Shown here piece after piece: positions 57,447 through 64,000 of a stretch of DNA of 64,000 bases. Origin of the DNA: Elsinoe ampelina (lineage: Eukaryota); the NCBI GenBank assembly GCA_010093995.1, contig ML992516.1:1-64000 (forward strand). Reading direction: 5' to 3'. Below the pieces are notes generated by a model that saw only the letters and a program-made list of their open reading frames with translations, was not told the origin of the DNA and did no database searches. The number at the start of each line of letters is the position of its first letter. Position 1 is the first letter of the stretch. The position numbers and the translations under genes are program-made.

Positions 57447-58343
57447 TCACCTCCCCTCATCCTTCCTCCCTCCACTTGCCCCGCCGTCTTCCCCACCTCC
57501 GCCCTCCCTCCCGGCCCCCATCCTCATCACCTCCCCATCAGCATACTGCACCGCCCGATCCCAATCCTCCAGTCTATCAAAACTACTCTCCAACCAAGCC
57601 TTGATCTCATGCAACAACACCCTCGCCCCATCCCTCCCCAACACCTCCGCGACCAGATTCTCCATCGCCCCGTCCGCCCCCTTGACTTCTAGCTTGCGGA
57701 GCATGCCGACGATGTACTCCAGTACAAACTCCAGGCGGGATGTAGTTTGAAGGAACGTAAAGACTTGGAGTTCTCGACGGAGGAAGAGGCGGGCTTTGCG
57801 CTGGAGGGTCGAGGAGGAGCGGAAGAGTGCAGGGGTGAGTGCCTGGACGGGTCGGGACGGGGCGCGGTGCAGGGAGAAGAGGTGGCGGGCGTGGATGAGT
57901 TTCCGGCGGTCGAGGGAGAGGGAGGAGGTGGAGGGGATGGCGAAGGAGTGCTGTCGGCGGGGGAAGGGGTGGCGGGGGCGGGCGCGTCCGCGAGTGTTCG
58001 TGCGGGTGGAACTGGAGGGCTGGGGGGTGACGGGCTTGGGGACATGGTAGGTCTTGAAGTCGTTGGGGGAGCGCCAGTCGTACTCGACTCGTTGAATGGG
58101 AGCGTTGCATAGTGGGCAGTTGGGTCGCTGTTGGAGCCAGGAGGCTAGGCAGAGGAAGTCGAAGACCAGGTGGTTGCATGGGTATGTCACTGCTCGTTCG
58201 CTGATGGCGGACAAGCAGATGACACATGTGTCGGCACCATCGCTGTTATCTCGTGAAGGCTCCTTGCCCTTCATGGTGGGAGTCGTGGTGTAATGCTCTC
58301 GATGATCGTGGTCATGTGAGCCATGACCGGGTGGCAAGGGCAT
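57447..58343 (-). CDS. RING-finger E3 ubiquitin ligase, Topors-like
   Basis: CVIC...PCNH..FDFLCL..W....CPLC, FLRRELQVF, EFVLEYIVGMLR, and LHEIKAWLES. Confidence 0.78.
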   Translation of the reverse strand: MPLPPGHGSHDHDHREHYTTTPTMKGKEPSRDNSDGADTCVICLSAISERAVTYPCNHLVFDFLCLASWLQQRPNCPLCNAPIQRVEYDWRSPNDFKTYHVPKPVTPQPSSSTRTNTRGRARPRHPFPRRQHSFAIPSTSSLSLDRRKLIHARHLFSLHRAPSRPVQALTPALFRSSSTLQRKARLFLRRELQVFTFLQTTSRLEFVLEYIVGMLRKLEVKGADGAMENLVAEVLGRDGARVLLHEIKAWLESSFDRLEDWDRAVQYADGEVMRMGAGREGGGGEDGGASGGRKDEGR

Positions 58344-58858
58344 ATGCGGTCCGCCTTATCTCGATAGTGCACCGTCCGGCCGCCCCCGGAGTACTATGAT
58401 ATTGATTCCAGTTGTCTATGAGCCAGATCTTCGACCATGGTAACAAAGCGTAACATTGTCGTTGAGAGAGGAAGTTGATTCAGAAAGCGTGAGAAGAGGC
58501 CGATCTGAAAGAGGGCGGCGCGACGGCCCGAAAAATGCCATCTGGGTCGCGTCACCACTTCTGCTTCTTTCTGCAACTGCTCTTCACAAAAACATAATCA
58601 CTCAAACTTCAGCCTAGATCCATCTTTGGAAATTGCTGGAAGAGATCCGAGCTGTAGCAGACTATCTCTTCCCCTTACACGAGGTCTGATTCCTTCAACA
58701 CGACGGCAAGCACTTCTGCTCGGCACCTGCGGCGATATCTGCTCGCTTCGGGACTGTTCTCGACTGCTGCGCGAGTCACCAGGCACTTCACGGTACCGAG
58801 TCCTGCCAGGCAAGTATCTCGACCATGCTACAATAACCATCCTCATCCCTTCTCAACC

Positions 58859-60627
58859 ATGCCGCCACAGAGCGGCAATTTCACAACCACTGCCTTGGGC
58901 AGATGGTCCTCGATACAGAAGCAGCTACCACCAGTCGAGAATATATCAGAAGTCAATGTATTTGACTTTGACAACACACGTAGGTGCTGGAACGTTCTAC
59001 TTGTCTTCTAATTCTGACCTTCATAGTCTTCCGCACACCTTTACCAAACCCGCAAGTGTGGGATGGTAGAAGTATAGGAACCCTCTCAAGCGACGATGCT
59101 TTCATGAATGGCGGATGGTGGCACGATGACAGAATTCTATCTTCTACGGGAGGAGGTATCGAGGTCCAAGAACCCAAAGCCTGGGATGGATTTTGGGACG
59201 AGAGCATCGTCGAGGAGGTCAAGCAGTCTATGGCGTCTCCCACAGCTGTGACCGTGCTCATGACGGGAAGGGGCCAGGCAAAGTTCTCGGAGCTATTGGC
59301 ACGCATGGTGAAGTCGAAGGGTCTCGAATTCGACATGATGGTACTCAAGCCAAGCGTCGGACCGGACGGCGTTCAGTATTACTCGACGCTGGACTTCAAG
59401 AAGGAGTTCTTCCGTGTCGCCATGTTGACTTACAAACACGCCACGGAATTAACGATCTTTGAGGACCGACCAAAACAAGCGAAAGGCTTCGAGGACTATC
59501 TCGCAGTCTTGAATCAAGAATGGGCCGCAAATCCAGCCGCGGGCAGAAACCCAGTGCGTACCGAGATCGTACTTGTCGATCCCAGATTGACATATCTGGA
59601 TCCGATGGCCGAGTTTAACGTCATTGCCGATATTATCGACGCTAGCAATCTGGCCGTCAAGATGGGTCGTGCAAAGTCATCAGCAAAGTCCTGGAATTTG
59701 ATAAAGTCCCGGATCTATACCGGGTACATCGTCCCGCCTGCTGACACTGTGCGACTGTTGAAGCTGGTTCCTGAACCCAGTGCAGATGAGAAAAATGATT
59801 TCCGCACGTTGGCAGACAACATCATGATATCCTTCCGCCCGCCTCGCGACGACATCATCCGTCGAGCTGGAGGATGGAACAGCCACCGCAAGTGGCGGGT
59901 CAACGGCATCGGGAGCCACCAGGGCAGCATCTGGGCTGCTCGCTTGTCACCAGTCGACCCCAATCTCACCACTTATACCGAGAGCTTCACTCCGCTGATT
60001 GTCTTGCTCATGAAGAAGTCCGTCAAAGCCAGCGAAGCCAATCGCATCAACAATTGGGTCAACATTCCTCCGAACGACGAGCGAGCGATCGTCTTCGATT
60101 CCACCGTTCAAGACAAGGTCGTCATCAAAGTCGTCGAAGCGCCGGAGAAAGGCTTCTACGACGCCGATGGGAAGGTGATTTTAGACAGCAATTCATTCGA
60201 CCGCAACAGCCAGACAAAGCCAAGAAGCGGTTCCAAGCAAGACCGCATACCACCACGCCATCAACCAATACCCGTAGACCAATCATCCGCAGACTCGTCC
60301 GATGGTGGTGCAGATGCCTTTCCGCCTCTATCCAGAGCCGTGCAACAAGCCAACCCAGGCGGCAGACGTCGCGGCGGACACCGTCACCAGCAACAGCAAG
60401 GTGGCCAGCACCAGAACCGCGGCCAGAACAGAAACTTCTCCGGAGGCGGACAGCACGGGCAAGGACACGGTCACGGCGGACAACAGCATGGCCAAGGTGA
60501 TCGCCCCAGGAATAACAGAGGGGGTCGAGGTGGTGGACGCGGAGGGCAAGGACGTCAAGGACAATACAGGAGTCTAGACGATGCGGGTGGTGGCAACACA
60601 GGAGGCGCGGCGGGGATGATGTACTAG
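58859..60627 (+). CDS. HAD-superfamily Swiss-Army-Knife RNA-repair-like protein with RGG/Q-rich tail
   Basis: Intron 58980-59026 gives HAD motif I VFDFDNTLFRTP; also GGWWHD, VLMTGR and IFEDRPK. Confidence 0.8.
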
Positions 60628-60908
60628 TGGAACTCTCCTCGGGCATGGTTTAGAAGATGATTTGTATTTGTAGCTAGCATAATTCTAGCTCAGCGATGGC
60701 GTTCAGGCCGCTCAGCACTGGAAAAAGGAAAGCGCAGTAGACAACAGCAGAGGGCCTCCCATCCCCTTATCGAGTGTCTCGGTGACACGGCAACATTTGC
60801 AGCTTCATGATCTCTTCACCCACGCGTCACTCCCTCTTCGGCGCAATCCTCAAAGTCATCACCGGGGTGATTTCGACGGTACCATCGTAAGAGTCATACC
60901 CGACCAGA

Positions 60909-62882
60909 CTAATTCAATGACTTCAAGAAAAACCTTCGCCTTCGGCCCTCGTCGTATCCATATCTGTAGCCGTTGCTGCCAGTGCCTCGTGTCAGGTAAT
61001 CCAACATTCCCTCGCTGAGCTGTTCGCTGTGCACTTGCAGACAGACATCGGCCCAGGTGAGGGAGAATGTTCCGTCATCCTCTGTGACCCTGGGGGTTCC
61101 GAGCAACCCGGTCGTTCGACCGCTCGAGTGATCCTTGCGTAGAGCGAGGAAGGTTTTGCCCAACCCAGTGAGTGCCCGAACTAGCCAGAATGTTGCGTCG
61201 GGTGTTTCTACTCGATCGACGGTCTGGCCACTGGGGAGTTTCGTGCCCACTATGCTGTCGAGATCGTCGACGAAGGTTGTAAGAGTAGTTGAGGGTAGGC
61301 TGCAGAGTCCGTATCCTGCCTCGTGGCGAGCATTCGGTGAGCCTTTGGCCTCATCCGACGCATCGCCGAGTGCAGGAATGCAGGCAGTGTAGCGTTGATC
61401 CACGATATCTGTGAGTATGGAGTAACCGCCGAAGATATGTGTGCGCCATCGAGGTTTGAAAGGACTTGTGGTAGTTGGGTTGAAGTCGAGATCGGGGAGA
61501 TTTGTTGGCTAGTACCTGGTGAGGATGAGTGCTATGACGCTTACGGCGATGCAGCTGGCGACACTGTATTCGTTGTGGCTCAATTTCTGGAGGACGAACA
61601 AAGCGAGATTGACAGTAGAGTCGGAGATTGGTGTTTGCCCGGCGAACGCACACTCTAGACTGTTTTGCAGCGCAATGATCATCTTCAAAGCTTCACAGCC
61701 TTCGACGCCGCTGTCGAACTTGGAGGGCTCTTTGGCAAGCTGGATCAGCATCGAATTGTCGACAACCACTTGCCATCCATACTCTGCGGTTTTTCCTACT
61801 GTATGAGAGTAGATGTATTCATCTGCAAGTAATGGAGAGCTTGGCAGACGGTCAAGAGGCACCTCGCGAAGTTGGACTTGATCGTACGAAGGGGGTTGCC
61901 AGTGGTGGTCATTGTCCAGATTATACCTGCTGGAATACTGTAGAAGCACCAGATCGTCGATCCCGAGGTTCTCAGCCACCAAATTGGCGCAGTCTTTGTC
62001 GGTGAGCTTGCGCACCAGCACCACGAGCTGATTATACTTGACCAGAAATCCACGAGCTTGCTCCTGAGCACGCTTATGTCGAACTTGAAGTGCGGCATCC
62101 GCGGCAGCAAGCTCATGTAGGCGCCGCTTCTCCTCCTCGTTGGACTCTGTCAAGATCTCGATTTCGGTCTGTGATCTAGCTGCCCTGACGGTGAGATCCT
62201 CGACCTTCGCCCCAAGCAGGGCGTTCTCCTGCTCAAGGCTGGCCAGTTTTTCCATCGCTTTGTGCTTGTCGAGTGCTGCATCTCCCTTGAGCCGATCACA
62301 CTCTCGTCGCAGCTTCATGATTTGAGCATTGGCGTCATCTGACTCGCGTACAGTACTGTTCCGAAATTGGAGACTGTCGTTCTGAAGCTGGACATTCTCC
62401 CTCTTCAATCTTTCCACTTGAATGGTAACATTGCGCATGTCGCGCGCAGCATCATTTTCACGACGTACGATCTCCCTTCGCAGTCTCGCCACTTCGCCTC
62501 TGCCGAAATTTGCGGTGTTCAGATTTCTGTGGGCTTGTTCAAGATCCATAGTCACCATGACCCTTAACATTTCTTCATGATGAGCCCGCGTTTCCTGATT
62601 CACAAGTCGCTGCTGCAAATCTGCCAGCTGAATAGCCTGCTCACTCTCCCGATGCTTGGCTCTTGCCAACTCGATTCGAAGGTTGGCGTCCTTCTTCTCC
62701 AGACTCAGGCGGTCCGCAGTGAGGACTTGTAGCTCAGCTATCGCTCCTTCCAAAGTTGTTGGTCGTAGAGCCGGTGACTTCATTTCCGGAGTCGATAGAT
62801 CGGTCTGTGTCGCTGCATCGTTGACACCATGAGCGATGCTGTCGTCTCCAGCCGATGTTGCCCTATCCGTATCGTCCTCCAT
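60909..62882 (-). CDS. Hypothetical coiled-coil protein; reading frame interrupted once by TAG at 61511-61509
   Basis: ORFs 62882-61509 and 61508-60909 are in the same frame. Long coiled-coil-like N-terminal half. Confidence 0.55.
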
Positions 62883-63082
62883 GGTTGGCCGATTATGTCT
62901 CCACTCTGGTGTCGATGCGGTGTAGGCGAGGCAGAAGAAGCAGCGCAGGCAAAAAGAATTTTCCGCGACCGCATCATAAATGTCGCGTGAGTAGTAGAAG
63001 TGGGGGTGCCCCTTACCTAGTCTCATATTGTGTCCGACGTGGTGTCCTCGAGTGTGATGCCGTCCGTTTGAGCCTCTCCACG

Positions 63083-64000
63083 TCAGTATCGCTGGATCAA
63101 CCACGCCCTCCTCTTGGCCTCATCCATCTGATTCAGCTTCTCCTGCTCCGCCCTCTTCATGATGATATAATCACGAACTACATCAACCCCAATCACTTCC
63201 TTGACTGTCGCACTTCCATCAAGCGCCACCAGCGCCTCTTCGATCGAGAGTGGCAACTTCTCCGTGATACCGTACTCTTCCCCTTGCGCATCGGACATCT
63301 TGCTTGGGTTCACTGTCATTGTCAGCGGCCAATCACGCTTCCACCCCGGTTCACTCACGGTCACAGTCTTTCCCAGGAAGCTCGAGCTTCTCATCAATCC
63401 CTTTCAGCCCAGCACCGATGATCGCGGCAAGCGCAAAATAAGCATTCCCCATGCCATCCAAGCATCTCACTTCCCACCTTTCGGAAGAAGAGGAGGACGA
63501 TAGCACACGGCGAAGAGGGACCTCTCTGTTCTCAGTACCCCAAGCGACCCAGCTACCGCCCGTCCAATGGTCGTCCACGACTCGCTTGTAGCTTTCCTGA
63601 GCAGGCAAGGTGAAGGCACTGATAGCTCTGAGCTCTTTCAGGACACCTGCCCAAAAGCTGTTCTCGGGCTGCTTTGGTCCTGAAGGCACGTTCGACGCCT
63701 TATCATGATCTTCGGTCTGGGTTCCACTATCTGTTGTGGCCGGGTTCAGGGAGATGTGCGCATGTAGACCACTGCCAACGCCCTCGATAGGCATGGGATG
63801 GAATGTGGCTCTCAAACCGTATCGATGAGCTTTGAGCTGGATTGCCTGGCGGATGAGGTATAGCTGATCAACTGCCTGCAGAAGTGGAAGTGGTGATAGG
63901 GCAAACTCATACTGTCCTTGGCCCGACTCTGAATGGAAATGGTCGATACGGTATCCCAACGAAGACAACTCATTCACGATTTTGGTGATGATTGGCCATG
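63083..64000 (-). CDS. Glutamine synthetase-like / FluG-type protein, 3' part (gene starts beyond the window)
   Basis: HFHSESGQGQYE, ATFHPMP...GSGLHAHIS, WVAWGTENREVPLR, and WEVRCLDGMGNAY. A final intron leads to ...WLIQRY*. Confidence 0.85.

Overview
Eukaryotic window from an intron-containing filamentous ascomycete (about 50-bp GT-AG introns with CTRAY branch sites). It opens with about 0.9 kb of RIP-mutated, TA-rich repeat DNA. It then carries about 18 conserved genes: Ant1-type peroxisomal adenine nucleotide carrier, OSBP-family protein, CCCH zinc-finger protein, Hsp12, ApsB, Amo1/Nup42, Oxr1, Chs4/Skt5, Trm10, NDUFA13, Fig1, SHMT, SPX-RING, GST, Cbp6, Bsd2, Topors-like RING, a Swiss-Army-Knife HAD protein and a partial FluG-like gene. 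Several orphan or interrupted genes are also present. The most striking feature lies in the gene-poor 44-55 kb stretch: three same-strand small-RNA transcription units with the same promoter architecture and 3' flank. One is a recognisable U1 snRNA (48152-48303). One has a U2-like 3' half but a non-canonical 5' domain (45348-45540). The third is a highly structured Sm-site RNA with a U1-like 5' end, AUACUGACC (49256-49435). All family calls come from motif recognition by eye; no database searches were run.
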